Assembly (NCBI RefSeq): GCF_001457615.1
Contig: NZ_LN831024.1
Span: 4,710,001 to 4,742,000, forward strand
Source: Pseudomonas aeruginosa
Lineage (GTDB): Bacteria; Pseudomonadota; Gammaproteobacteria; Pseudomonadales; Pseudomonadaceae
Length of the DNA: 32,000 bases
Reading direction: 5' to 3'
Shown here: positions 1 through 12,037 of the stretch, piece by piece
Numbering within the stretch: position 1 is the first letter of the stretch
How the letters are laid out: each line of letters opens with the position of its first letter
Made by a program: the position numbers and the translations under genes
Notes under the pieces: generated by a model
Seen by the model: the letters and a program-made list of their open reading frames with translations, nothing else
Databases searched by the model: none
Told to the model about the DNA's origin: nothing

Positions 1-120
1 TCTGATTATTAAGCTGGGCTAACGAGTGCATCCCCCGCGCAGCGGTTTATCCCGGCGAGCGCAGGGCGGATGATGCTGATCGACGCCGCTCTGCGGCATT
101 TCTCGAACGGAAGGTGCAGC

Positions 121-762
121 ATGAAAATCGCCCTGATCGGCGCCACCGGCCACGTCGGCCACTATTTCCTCAACGAAGCCCTGCAACGCGGCCACGCGGT
201 GACCGCCCTGGTCCGCGACCCGGGCAAGCTGGCGGCGCGCGACGGCCTCTGCGTAGTGCAGGCGGACGTCAGCGACCCGGCCCAGGTGGCCAGCGCCGTG
301 GCAGGCCACGAGGTGGTCATCAGCGCTTTCAACGGCGGCTGGGGTAGCGCCGACCTCCGCGCCCGCCACGCCGCCGGCAGCCAGGCCATTCTCGACGGCG
401 TGAAACGCTCCGGCGTGCCGCGCCTGCTGGTTCTCGGCGGCGCCGGGAGCCTGGAGATCGCCCCCGGCCAGCGCCTGGTGGACAGCCCGGAATTCCCCGA
501 GCAGTGGAAGCAGGGCGCCCTCGGCGCCGCCGACGCCCTCGACCAACTGCGCGGCGAGCAACGACTGGACTGGGTGTTCCTCAGCCCGGCGATGCTCCTC
601 GAACCCGGCCAGCGCAGCGGCAAGTTCCGCCTCGGCGGCGACCAGGTCCTGTTCGACGCCAAGGGCGAGAGCCGGATTTCCCTGGAAGACCTGGCGGTAG
701 CCATGCTCGACGAGGCCGAGCAGCCCCGTCATCATCGCCAGCGCTTCACCGTGGCCTACTGA
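121..762 (+). CDS. NAD(P)-dependent oxidoreductase, NAD(P)H-binding/NmrA-like
   Basis: N-terminal Rossmann motif MKIALIGATGHVGHYFLNEALQRGH. ORF starts at 70, but the ATG at 121 fits the Rossmann start better. Confidence 0.85.
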   Translation: MKIALIGATGHVGHYFLNEALQRGHAVTALVRDPGKLAARDGLCVVQADVSDPAQVASAVAGHEVVISAFNGGWGSADLRARHAAGSQAILDGVKRSGVPRLLVLGGAGSLEIAPGQRLVDSPEFPEQWKQGALGAADALDQLRGEQRLDWVFLSPAMLLEPGQRSGKFRLGGDQVLFDAKGESRISLEDLAVAMLDEAEQPRHHRQRFTVAY

Positions 763-769
763 AAAGACC

Positions 770-790
770 AGGCGCCCCTCTCGGGCGCCT
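770..790. terminator. Perfect hairpin (AGGCGCCC-ctctc-GGGCGCCT) between convergent genes, likely intrinsic terminator
   Basis: 8-bp perfect arms with a 5-nt loop, located between convergent stop codons at 762 and 797. U-tract is weak on both sides. Confidence 0.6.
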
Positions 791-796
791 TCGTCG

Positions 797-3790
<2,994 letters not shown>

Positions 3791-3793
3791 GGC

Positions 3794-3982
3794 TCAGCGC
3801 CAGCGAGCGTCGTCGCGGCGCTCCTGCCAGGGACGGTTCCAGTCGCGCCCGCGGTTGTCACGGTCGCGGTCGTGATAGCGCTCGTAGCGGTAGTCGGGAC
3901 GATGCCGGTGGTCGTTGCGGTCGTAGACCACGCAGGCCGACAGCGGCAGGACGAGGATCAGCAGGGAAAGCAAACGACGCAT
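3794..3982 (-). CDS. Small putative lipoprotein, Tyr/Arg/Asp/His-rich
   Basis: MRRLLSLLILVLPLSACVVYDRND... lipobox LSAC; 62 aa using the internal ATG. Confidence 0.65.
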   Translation of the reverse strand: MRRLLSLLILVLPLSACVVYDRNDHRHRPDYRYERYHDRDRDNRGRDWNRPWQERRDDARWR

Positions 3983-4104
3983 GGCGCCTCCTGTGCGGTT
4001 CCGGCCTCTCCTGCGGATGCGGGAGGATTGCCTGTTCCGGAACCTGCACATCGGACTGCGCGGCGCGCGGGCGGTGCCCGCGGCGAGAGTAAAGCCTGGG
4101 TAAA

Positions 4105-4350
4105 TCAGCCGAGGCTACGCAGGTGCAGGACGCCGAACAGCAGCACCTGGAGGCGCTCCAGCCAAGGTGCCGGGCGCGCCTTGAGACGCCCGTTGAGCAG
4201 CAGGATCTCGGCGGCATGGACCAGCACCAGCACGCCGGACAACAGCAGGATCGGTCGATGCAACTCGCCCAGCGGGTAGGCCAGGTTGACCAGCGCGACG
4301 AGCCAGAACATCGCCAGGGCGCCCTTGGCGAACGACAGAAAATGACTCAT
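4105..4350 (-). CDS. Small membrane protein (DUF1145-like)
   Basis: MSHFLSFAKGALAMFWLVALVNLAYPLGELHRPILLLSGVLVLVHAAEILL, hydrophobic segments; family assigned from memory. Confidence 0.55.
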   Translation of the reverse strand: MSHFLSFAKGALAMFWLVALVNLAYPLGELHRPILLLSGVLVLVHAAEILLLNGRLKARPAPWLERLQVLLFGVLHLRSLG

Positions 4351-4466
4351 GGGAACCTCCTCGTTTCGGTATCGGCAGAGTGTGCCGAGCAAATGCGCCA
4401 AGAGGGTCCGCACTTTCGACTGGAAAGCACGACGGCGCCCGCAGGCGCCGCCTTTCCTTGCGCACC

Positions 4467-4922
4467 TCAGTTGCGCCAGCGAGGTGTCCCGCCCTGCTGG
4501 CCCTGGTGTCCCGGACGATCCTGCCGACCGTGTTGTTGCCAGCGTTGCGGAGAATGCCCGCGCCATTGCGGCTGGCCGCCGCGCTGCCAGTTGCCCGGAT
4601 GCCGCTCGCCACGATGGGCCGGGCGCGATTCGTGGTAGCGCTGCTGGTAGCGATATTGCTCGCGCCGGTAGTCGCGGTGGCCATCGTAGCGGCGTGGCGC
4701 CGGGTAGTAGCGTTGGTCGTAGTAGCGCGTCGAGTAGTAGCGCCGTTCGCTGCGCCAGCCATCGTCATACACGCGATAGCGCGGCACTTCGTAGGCGTAG
4801 CCGTAGGGCTGGCCGCGATAGTGGCGCCAATCGCCGTCATCGTAGTCGTAGTCATACACCGCGCAGCCACCCAGGCTGGCGAGAAGCAGAAGAAGCGGGA
4901 CTCTCAGGAATGTGCGCCACAT
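4467..4922 (-). CDS. Putative lipoprotein, Tyr/Arg/Gln-rich
   Basis: MWRTFLRVPLLLLLASLGGCAVYDYDYDDGDW... lipobox LGGC; internal start in the long reverse ORF 4467-5630. Confidence 0.6.
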   Translation of the reverse strand: MWRTFLRVPLLLLLASLGGCAVYDYDYDDGDWRHYRGQPYGYAYEVPRYRVYDDGWRSERRYYSTRYYDQRYYPAPRRYDGHRDYRREQYRYQQRYHESRPAHRGERHPGNWQRGGQPQWRGHSPQRWQQHGRQDRPGHQGQQGGTPRWRN

Positions 4923-5017
4923 GGCAGCCTCCTGCGGCCCCGCTGCCGACCGGCCGGACGACCGGCGACGCCGCGAGGCGCGCATACGACGTGAAGACTC
5001 GGGAAATGGAAGTGGGC

Positions 5018-5191
5018 TCAGCACCAGCCTTTCTTGGCGTGGCCCGGAGGACAATGGGGCGGGCCGCCGCGATCGTAGCCGTAGTAGCCATCGTCGAACG
5101 GATCCAGTTCGACGTAGGCGCCCGGCACCCGAACGCTGCAACCGCTCATCAGGAAGGCCGCCAGTAGCAGCCCGAACAATCGCATGACCAT
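5018..5191 (-). CDS. Small putative lipoprotein, 57 aa (not in the supplied ORF track)
   Basis: Manual translation of the reverse strand: MVMRLFGLLLAAFLMSGCSVRVPGAYVELDPFDDGYYGYDRGGPPHCPPGHAKKGWC*; lipobox MSGC. Confidence 0.6.
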   Translation of the reverse strand: MVMRLFGLLLAAFLMSGCSVRVPGAYVELDPFDDGYYGYDRGGPPHCPPGHAKKGWC

Positions 5192-5429
5192 CAGCATTCT
5201 CCTTCATCGCAGAACGCAGCCGAACCACGCCTGGACAAGATCCCGATGGAGCGGGAAGCCGGTTGCGGCGGTTGCAACCCGGCTGCAATAGAGACCGAAG
5301 GAAAAAACGGAAATTCCCTGAATCCGACCAACGACACGGGCCTCCAGAACGTGACCGCAGCCGGCGTTTCTCGGTAGAGTGCGCGGACCAAGGACTGCCG
5401 GCCCCGCCGGAACCGCTCAAGGAGCATGC

Positions 5430-6506
5430 ATGCAACCCATCGACCGCGCCCAGGCACAGCAGCGCGCCAACGACATCCTGGTATTCCAGCGCGAGCTGCA
5501 ACGCCTCGACCAGGAGCAGGCGTTCCGCCTCGAACCGGCCCAGGCCCGGCAACTCGCCGACTATCACCTGGCCCTGCTGGACAGCTACCGCGACCGTTTC
5601 GACATCGACCACGACCTGCGCAGCCAGCAACTTTCGCTGGGCATGCGGGTAGCCTCGTTCTTCGGCGCCCTGGCCTTCGCCGCCAGCGTGTTCCTGCTGT
5701 TCTATCGCTTCTGGGGCCTGTTCCCCACCGTCGCCCAGGTGGCGATCCTGATCGGCAGCGCCTTCGCCGCGTTCTTCGCCACGCTCTGGGTCCAGGCCAA
5801 GGACGCCTCGGGCTACTTCAGCAAGCTGGCGGCGATGGTCGCGTTCGCCTGCTTCGTCCTCGACCTGACCATGCTCGGGCAGATATTCAACGTCACCCCC
5901 AGCGACCTGGCGCTGGTGCCCTGGGCGCTCTACGCCCTGCTCCTGGCCTACCTGTGCAACGCCCGCCTGCTGCTGGCGGCGGCGATCCTCTGCGTGATGG
6001 GTTTCATCGCCGCGCGCGTCGGCACCTGGGGCGGCGGCTACTGGCTGAGCGTAGGCGAGCGACCGGAGAACTTCTTCCCCGCCGCCGCGCTGATCTTCGC
6101 CGTGCCGCTGTGCTTCGATCAGCGCAACTTCAGCGGCTTCGCCGTGATCTACCGGGTGTTCGCCCTGCTCGGCCTGTTCCTGCCGATGCTGGTGCTGGCC
6201 AACTGGGGCTCAGGCAGCTACCTGGCGTTACCGTCGGCGCTCATCGAGGGGCTCTACCAGGTCGCCGGCTTCGTCGCCGCCGCCCTTGTGATCTGGCTCG
6301 GCGCGCGACGCAACTGGGCGGACGTGAGCAATACCGGGATCACCTTCTTCGTCATCTTCCTCTACACCAAGTTCTTCGACTGGTGGTGGGAAGCGATGCC
6401 GAAGTACCTGTTCTTCCTGGTGCTCGGCCTCAGCGCCCTGCTGATCCTGCTGGTCCTGCGCCGCCTGCGCACGCCCCTGGGCATCGCCGCGAGGACTGAC
6501 GCATGA
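5430..6506 (+). CDS. DUF2157-like multi-spanning membrane protein
   Basis: Repeated hydrophobic helices; overlaps the next gene by 4 nt, consistent with an operon. Confidence 0.7.
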   Translation: MQPIDRAQAQQRANDILVFQRELQRLDQEQAFRLEPAQARQLADYHLALLDSYRDRFDIDHDLRSQQLSLGMRVASFFGALAFAASVFLLFYRFWGLFPTVAQVAILIGSAFAAFFATLWVQAKDASGYFSKLAAMVAFACFVLDLTMLGQIFNVTPSDLALVPWALYALLLAYLCNARLLLAAAILCVMGFIAARVGTWGGGYWLSVGERPENFFPAAALIFAVPLCFDQRNFSGFAVIYRVFALLGLFLPMLVLANWGSGSYLALPSALIEGLYQVAGFVAAALVIWLGARRNWADVSNTGITFFVIFLYTKFFDWWWEAMPKYLFFLVLGLSALLILLVLRRLRTPLGIAARTDA

Positions 6507-7318
6507 ATCGCAACCGTCGCAACGCCCTGATCGCCGGCAGCCTCCTGCTGCTGGCGGCGAACCTGGCCGCCCTCGGTGGCGTCGCCTGGAACCGGTCCGG
6601 CGAGGCCGAAAGCAAGCTGGTGCTCAGCCAGCGCGAGCTCCAGCGCAACTGGTCCTACGGTTTCTGGAGCGAAGAGAACAGTGGCGTCGAACTGCGCCTG
6701 GAGCTTCGCTCGCCGAGCAGCGAGCCGCCCAGTGACCTCGCTCCCCCGCTGCCGCCCGAGCAGATGCGCGCCCTCGGTTTCAGCATCCCGGACGCGCTCG
6801 ACGAAGAGAGCGTACGGCGCTACCGCCGCCAACAGGAAAAACAGGTGCTGCTGGTCCTGGAGCTCGACGGCCCGGCCTATCGCCGCGAAGTACGCCTGGC
6901 CGAGGAGCGCCTGGCCGAGGCCAGCGCCCGCAGCAAGGCCCTGCCCAAGGACGAAATGCTGTCCAGCCAGATGGAAGCCGCTCGCCACCAACTGAAGCAT
7001 GAGCAGGGAGAGGCCAGCCGACTGTTCATCGTCGACGCCGGCCTCGACCTGGCCGCCCTGCGCCAGCGCTACCCCGAGCGCCAGCGCTACGCCATCGTCA
7101 AGGGCCGGGTGCGTCCCTGGTCCGCGGTCGACGAAGGCAGGACGCTGGTCGGCGGCTACATCAGCCGTACCGACCTCGCCGCGATCAACGTGCCACGACA
7201 ATGGCACGCGGTATTCGCCAAGGTCGACGGACAAAACTACCGGCTAGCGCCGCTGGAACTGCACCTCAGCTTCGGCCAGCGCCTGGAGCCCTGGATCACC
7301 AACGCCGTTCGCCGCTGA
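6503..7318 (+). CDS. Membrane-anchored conserved protein (DUF4824-like)
   Basis: N-terminal TM anchor MNRNRRNALIAGSLLLLAANLAAL; ATGA overlap with the upstream DUF2157-like gene. Confidence 0.6.
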   Translation: MNRNRRNALIAGSLLLLAANLAALGGVAWNRSGEAESKLVLSQRELQRNWSYGFWSEENSGVELRLELRSPSSEPPSDLAPPLPPEQMRALGFSIPDALDEESVRRYRRQQEKQVLLVLELDGPAYRREVRLAEERLAEASARSKALPKDEMLSSQMEAARHQLKHEQGEASRLFIVDAGLDLAALRQRYPERQRYAIVKGRVRPWSAVDEGRTLVGGYISRTDLAAINVPRQWHAVFAKVDGQNYRLAPLELHLSFGQRLEPWITNAVRR

Positions 7319-7398
7319 AACGCCCCGCCCGGCGCGCGATGCTTGCATCCGCGCGCCGGGCGCTGCACCCTGGGCACCCGCCAGCCATCCACCGCGCC

Positions 7399-7611
7399 AT
7401 GAACAGCGAAATCGACCCCGGCCGCTGCCCGCTGTGCCAGCAATCCAACCGCTGCACCCTGGCCGATCCCGCTAGCGCCGCCCAGGCTTGCTGGTGCTTC
7501 ACCACGGAAATCAATGCGGCCGCGCTGGAGCGGATTCCCGCCGAGCTGCGCCGCCGTGCCTGCCTCTGCCCGCGCTGCGCGCAACTATTGCCGCCCGACG
7601 CCGACGACTGA
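7399..7611 (+). CDS. Cysteine-rich CWC family protein
   Basis: 70 aa with CPLCQQSNRC, CWC and CLCPRC motifs. Confidence 0.7.
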   Translation: MNSEIDPGRCPLCQQSNRCTLADPASAAQACWCFTTEINAAALERIPAELRRRACLCPRCAQLLPPDADD

Positions 7612-8303
7612 TGCGCCTGGACCGCTTCCTCGCCAACCTGCCCGAACTCAGCCGCCGCGACGCGCAGATGCTGATCGCCGGTGGACGCCTGCGCGTGGAC
7701 GGCCAGGTGGTGCGCGACGGCACCCACGAAGTGCGTGTCTTCAGCCGGGTGGAACTGGACGAGCAGCTGCTCCAGGCTGGCAAGCCGGCGCGCTACTACA
7801 TGCTGCATAAACCGATGGGCTGCGTCAGCGCCACCCGCGACCCGCAACACCCGACCGTCCTCGACCTGTTCCCGGAAGACCTGCGCGACGACCTGCACAT
7901 TGGCGGTCGTCTCGACTACAACACCACCGGCCTGATGCTGCTGACCAACGATGGCCAGTGGTCGCGCCGCCTGACCCTGCCGGGCAGCCGGCGCGACAAG
8001 GTCTACTACGTGGAAACCGAGGCGCCCATCGACCAACGCTACGTGGATGCCTTCGCCGCCGGCCTCCACTTCCGCTTCGAAGACCTGGTCACCCTCCCCG
8101 CGCAGCTCGAACCGATCGGCCCACGCTGCGCCCGCCTGACCCTGCACGAAGGCCGCTATCACCAGGTCAAGCGCATGTTCGGCCACTTCGACAACAAGGT
8201 GCTGCGCCTGCACCGCGAGCGCATGGGCGATATTTGTCTCGACCCACAGTTGCCGCCGGGTGCCTGGCGCCCCCTGAATGCTGAAGAAATCTGTTCGGTG
8301 TGA
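7611..8303 (+). CDS. RsuA/RluB-family pseudouridine synthase
   Basis: S4 domain start MRLDRFLANLPELSRRDAQMLI; catalytic GRLDYNTTGLMLLTNDG; GRYHQVKRMFGHFDNKV. Confidence 0.9.
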   Translation: MRLDRFLANLPELSRRDAQMLIAGGRLRVDGQVVRDGTHEVRVFSRVELDEQLLQAGKPARYYMLHKPMGCVSATRDPQHPTVLDLFPEDLRDDLHIGGRLDYNTTGLMLLTNDGQWSRRLTLPGSRRDKVYYVETEAPIDQRYVDAFAAGLHFRFEDLVTLPAQLEPIGPRCARLTLHEGRYHQVKRMFGHFDNKVLRLHRERMGDICLDPQLPPGAWRPLNAEEICSV

Positions 8304-8438
8304 AACCCCGGCGCCCGCCGCCTGTCCACCGAAAGAGGCCGGACCGCAGGGGTTTGGCCGGCCGTCGCGAGCGACGCTAAGCTGAATGGCATCTGTCGGA
8401 GCGACAGCCTTTCCCGCATGGAGCAAGAGAAAGCGCCA

Positions 8439-9482
8439 ATGAAAAGATCCCTTGCCGTACTGCTGCTGGCCTTCGCCGTCGGCAGCCTCCACGCGGCGCC
8501 CGCCAGCCCAGCGAACGCGCCTTTGCCGCCGGCCGACATCAAGGCGCGGCTGAAGAGCATGAAGCCCGGCGAGTACCTCTGGTACCCGGAGGTTTCCCCG
8601 CAGGGACCAGTGACCATCGTGGTCAGCCTCACCGAACAGAAGGCCTACATCTACCGCAACGGTATCGCCATCGGGGTCAGCACCCTCAGCTCCGGCAAGA
8701 AGGGCCGGGAGACCCCGACCGGAGTGTTCTCGATCCTGCAAAAGAGCGTCGACCACAAGTCCGACCTCTACAACAGCGCGCCCATGCCCTACATGCAGCG
8801 CCTGACCTGGGACGGCATCGCCCTGCACGCCGGCAACCTGCCCGGCTATCCCGCCTCCCACGGCTGCATCCGCCTGCCCATGGCGTTCGCCAAGAAGCTC
8901 TACGGCATCACCGGATTCAGCTCCACCACGGTAATCATTTCCAACGCCAGCAGCGCGCCGAAGGAAGTCGACCACCCCGGCCTGCTGGCACCGACGGTAG
9001 CGGACGGGCGACCGGTGACGCTGCCGGTGGAGCCCGGAGAAATCGCCTGGAACGACCCCGGCGCGGAACGCGGTCCGTTGTCGGTGCTGATCAGCCGCGC
9101 CGACCAGCGCGCCTATGTCTATCGCGGCGGCCAGCGCATCGGCACCGCACCGGTGCAGTTGCCGGCACGCCCGCAAACCGGCATGGCGGTGTTCTCGCTG
9201 CTGGAAAAGCCGACCCCGGAAGAAATCAGCGAGACCTCGCCGAACCTGCGCTGGTCGGTGGTCCAGGTGAGCAACCCGGGACAGGGCCTGACACCCTCCG
9301 AGCAACTGGGCAAGATCCGCATGGACCCGACCTTCGTCCGCGAAATGCTCGGTGCCATGGACGTCGGCAGCACCCTGGTGATCACCGACTGGGCCTCGAC
9401 CCGGGACACCCACAGCGACTCCGATTTCACGGTGATCGCCACGGAAACACCGAACAATCCGACGAAATCGCTTAAAAAGTAG
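8439..9482 (+). CDS. L,D-transpeptidase (YkuD domain), exported
   Basis: Signal peptide MKRSLAVLLLAFAVGSLHAA; catalytic motif HAGNLPGYPASHGCIRLP. Confidence 0.85.
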   Translation: MKRSLAVLLLAFAVGSLHAAPASPANAPLPPADIKARLKSMKPGEYLWYPEVSPQGPVTIVVSLTEQKAYIYRNGIAIGVSTLSSGKKGRETPTGVFSILQKSVDHKSDLYNSAPMPYMQRLTWDGIALHAGNLPGYPASHGCIRLPMAFAKKLYGITGFSSTTVIISNASSAPKEVDHPGLLAPTVADGRPVTLPVEPGEIAWNDPGAERGPLSVLISRADQRAYVYRGGQRIGTAPVQLPARPQTGMAVFSLLEKPTPEEISETSPNLRWSVVQVSNPGQGLTPSEQLGKIRMDPTFVREMLGAMDVGSTLVITDWASTRDTHSDSDFTVIATETPNNPTKSLKK

Positions 9483-9561
9483 TCGGCAAGTTGTTCAAAA
9501 ATCGAGCACAATGCCTCTCATCCGGTAAAAACCACACTGAACCGATGGGAATACTGCTCGT

Positions 9562-10299
9562 ATGCCAACCTTCCTCCGTGCCGCCCTGCGCAGGCTGAGC
9601 CTGGCGGGCGCCACCCTTTGCGCACTGGCCAGCGGGCCGGTATTCGCCATGCCACTTCCCTCCGCCAAGGACCTGCAGAAACTCGCTCCACAGGCCAGCC
9701 TGCCGACCCTCGAACTGGCCCTTACCGCCTATGCCTGCGCGAGTGCCAGCCAGGGCGGCGACAACGGCCTGCTGACGGTGATCGACTACTCGCGGCCGTC
9801 ACGCGACAAGCGTCTCTGGGTATTCGACCTGAAGACCCGCAAGCTGCTCTTCGAAGAGTGGGTGACCCACGGCAAGAACAGCGGCGATGACCTTGCCACC
9901 TCCTTCTCCAACCGGCCGAACAGCTACCAGTCGTCGATCGGGCTGTTCCAGACCGGCCAGCTCTATACCGGCAAGCACGGCCAGTCGCTGCGCCTGGTTG
10001 GCCTGGAGCCGGGCTTCAACGACAAGAGCGAAGAACGCGCCATCGTCATGCATTCCGCTGCCTACGCCGATCCCAGGGTGGTTCCCGGGCTCGGTCGCCT
10101 GGGCCGCAGCCAGGGCTGCCCTGCGGTACGCCCGGCCGTGGCGGCCCGGCTGATCAACACCCTCAAGCGCGGCAGCTACGTGTTCGCCTACTATCCGCAG
10201 CCGAAGTGGCTGGAGACCTCGCGCTTCCTCGCCCCGCAGAGCTGCGCCGTGGCACGTGCGGCGCGTACGCCGGAAGTCATCGCCAGCCTGCTCAAATGA
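9562..10299 (+). CDS. Murein L,D-transpeptidase catalytic-domain family protein, exported
   Basis: Signal peptide; IVMHSAAYADPRVVPGLGRLGRSQGCPAVRP, a diverged H...SxGCxxxR active site. Confidence 0.75.
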   Translation: MPTFLRAALRRLSLAGATLCALASGPVFAMPLPSAKDLQKLAPQASLPTLELALTAYACASASQGGDNGLLTVIDYSRPSRDKRLWVFDLKTRKLLFEEWVTHGKNSGDDLATSFSNRPNSYQSSIGLFQTGQLYTGKHGQSLRLVGLEPGFNDKSEERAIVMHSAAYADPRVVPGLGRLGRSQGCPAVRPAVAARLINTLKRGSYVFAYYPQPKWLETSRFLAPQSCAVARAARTPEVIASLLK

Positions 10300-10465
10300 A
10301 CCGCCGGGGCGGCGGCCGCGCCGTCCCTTTCCTTCCCGGCATCCCGAAATCGCAGCATCGGTACTTGCCTCGCGGCATTTCGTCGGATTCCAGCCCCCCT
10401 TCCCCCATCCAAAAGCGAAACAGGGCTTGCAGTCCGGCACGCCGGCTGCTTAACTGACGCTCACG

Positions 10466-10485
10466 TTGTGACTGACCAGTCACAA
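10466..10485. promoter_or_regulatory. Perfect inverted repeat TTGTGACTG-AC-CAGTCACAA, candidate operator
   Basis: 9-bp perfect arms with a 2-bp centre in the intergenic region upstream of the RhlA-like gene. Confidence 0.55.
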
Positions 10486-10638
10486 ACGACTTCCAAGAAA
10501 GCCCGCGTGACTGCCCGCGCTTCGGCGCCGGCCTTTCCTGCCCGGCCAATAGCCGCTTCGCCAAAATCCGAGAGGATTTCGGACGCTCTCTATTTGCCTG
10601 TAAGTCGTTGAAAATCAAAAGTTTATCAAATCCATCCG

Positions 10639-10658
10639 AATGACATTCAACTGTCATT
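10639..10658. promoter_or_regulatory. Perfect inverted repeat AATGACA-ttcaac-TGTCATT upstream of the RhlA-like gene
   Basis: 7-bp perfect arms with a 6-nt spacer, about 93 nt upstream of the ATG at 10751. Confidence 0.4.
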
Positions 10659-10750
10659 GGGAGGCGCTTTCATCTGCCCATGAGCATTTTGTATTCGCCG
10701 CGACAAGCAGGTCGCCGCGTTCCCATCGAACGATTCCAGGAGGAAGCGAC

Positions 10751-11653
10751 ATGAGGCCGGAAACAGCCATCATCGAGATCCACGGGCAATACAGGATTCA
10801 CACCGAGTTCTACGGCAACCCCGCGGCGCAGCAGACCATCATCCTGGTCAACGGCTCGCTGTCGACCACAGCGTCCTTCGCCCAGACCGTGAAGTACCTG
10901 CAGCCGCATTACAACGTGGTGCTCTACGACCAGCCGTATGCCGGCCAGTCCAAACCCCATAACGAAAACCGCACGCCGATCAGCAAGGAGTGCGAGGCCA
11001 GGATCCTGCTGGAACTGATCGAACGCTTCCGTGCCGACGTAGTGATGTCGTTCTCGTGGGGCGGCGTCGCCACCCTGCTGGCCCTGGCGCAGCGTCCCGG
11101 ACGGATCCGCAGGGCGGTGGTCAACTCATTCTCGCCTCAGCTCAACCCGGCCATGCTCGACTACCTGCATCGCGGCCTCGACTACCTCGCCGCCTGCGAT
11201 CGCACCCAGGTCGGCAACCTGGTCAACGAAACCATCGGCCGCTACCTGCCACAGTTGTTCAAGCGCTACAACTTCCGCCACGTCAGCAGCCTGGACGAGC
11301 ACGAATACCACCAGATGCACTTCCATATCCGCGAAGTGCTGCGCCTGAACGCCGATAGCTATACCGAGAGCTTCGCCGGCATCGAGATCCCGGTGCTGTT
11401 CATGAACGGCGAGCTGGACATCTACACCACGCCCCACGAAGCCCGCCAGTTCGGCCAACTGATCCGCGGCGCGGAATTCCACACCATCCGCAATGCCGGC
11501 CACTTCATCGACGTCGAGCACAAGGCCGCCTGGCAACAGACCCAGGACGCCCTGCTGGCCTTCCTCCGCCCGCAGCGCACGCAGCCGCTCAACCCGATCT
11601 ACCGCCCCCAGCCCAACGGCGCCAGCGTCCCCCTCGCCGCCCTCGCCAGCTAA
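10751..11653 (+). CDS. Alpha/beta-hydrolase fold protein of the RhlA/PhaG-like family
   Basis: Motifs ILVNGSLSTTASFAQTVKYL, NVVLYDQPYAGQSKPHN, FSWGGVATLLALAQ, HFIDVEHKAA match the RhlA layout as recalled. Confidence 0.75.
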   Translation: MRPETAIIEIHGQYRIHTEFYGNPAAQQTIILVNGSLSTTASFAQTVKYLQPHYNVVLYDQPYAGQSKPHNENRTPISKECEARILLELIERFRADVVMSFSWGGVATLLALAQRPGRIRRAVVNSFSPQLNPAMLDYLHRGLDYLAACDRTQVGNLVNETIGRYLPQLFKRYNFRHVSSLDEHEYHQMHFHIREVLRLNADSYTESFAGIEIPVLFMNGELDIYTTPHEARQFGQLIRGAEFHTIRNAGHFIDVEHKAAWQQTQDALLAFLRPQRTQPLNPIYRPQPNGASVPLAALAS

Positions 11654-11783
11654 CCGCCACCGCCACGGGGAGCCCCGCTCCCCTGGCGGAAAAACCCAGC
11701 GAAATCAACAAAAACCCCGCCCCGGGCTTCACCTGCCGCCGCGCATCTGGTAAAAAGGCGCCCTGGCCGCAAAAGCCATCCGA

Positions 11784-11857
11784 GCGGGCGTCGTATAATG
11801 GCATTACCTGAGCTTCCCAAGCTCATGACGAGGGTTCGATTCCCTTCGCCCGCTCCA
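11784..11857 (+). tRNA. tRNA-Gly, anticodon CCC
   Basis: Acceptor stem gcgggcg/cgcccgc, T arm GGGTTCGATTCCC, anticodon stem-loop TGAGC-TTCCCAA-GCTCA, encoded CCA end. Confidence 0.95.
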
Positions 11858-12037
11858 GTATTTCCGGGCCTTCCAGCCGCCCAGGCGCATCGAGCGCAAG
11901 TGCTGGGGGCCGTTTCGGGGGCCGTTTGCGTGCGTCACTGGCAAGTGCGCGCGGAGAGTGAACAAACGGCAGAGAGCCAGGTTCCAATGCCCGCCCCGCC
12001 TGGCAACCCCTCGTTTTATGTTGACCCATCGAAATTG

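Noticed and set aside
4923-5630. N-terminal extension of the 387-aa reverse ORF
   Set aside because: Arg/Ser-rich non-coding-like sequence before a clear lipoprotein signal peptide at 4922; the interval holds another small gene in a different frame.
7296-9413. 705-aa reverse ORF across the pseudouridine synthase and L,D-transpeptidase genes
   Set aside because: Shadow ORF of well-supported forward genes; compositionally Ala/Gly/Val/Gln-biased with no family motifs.
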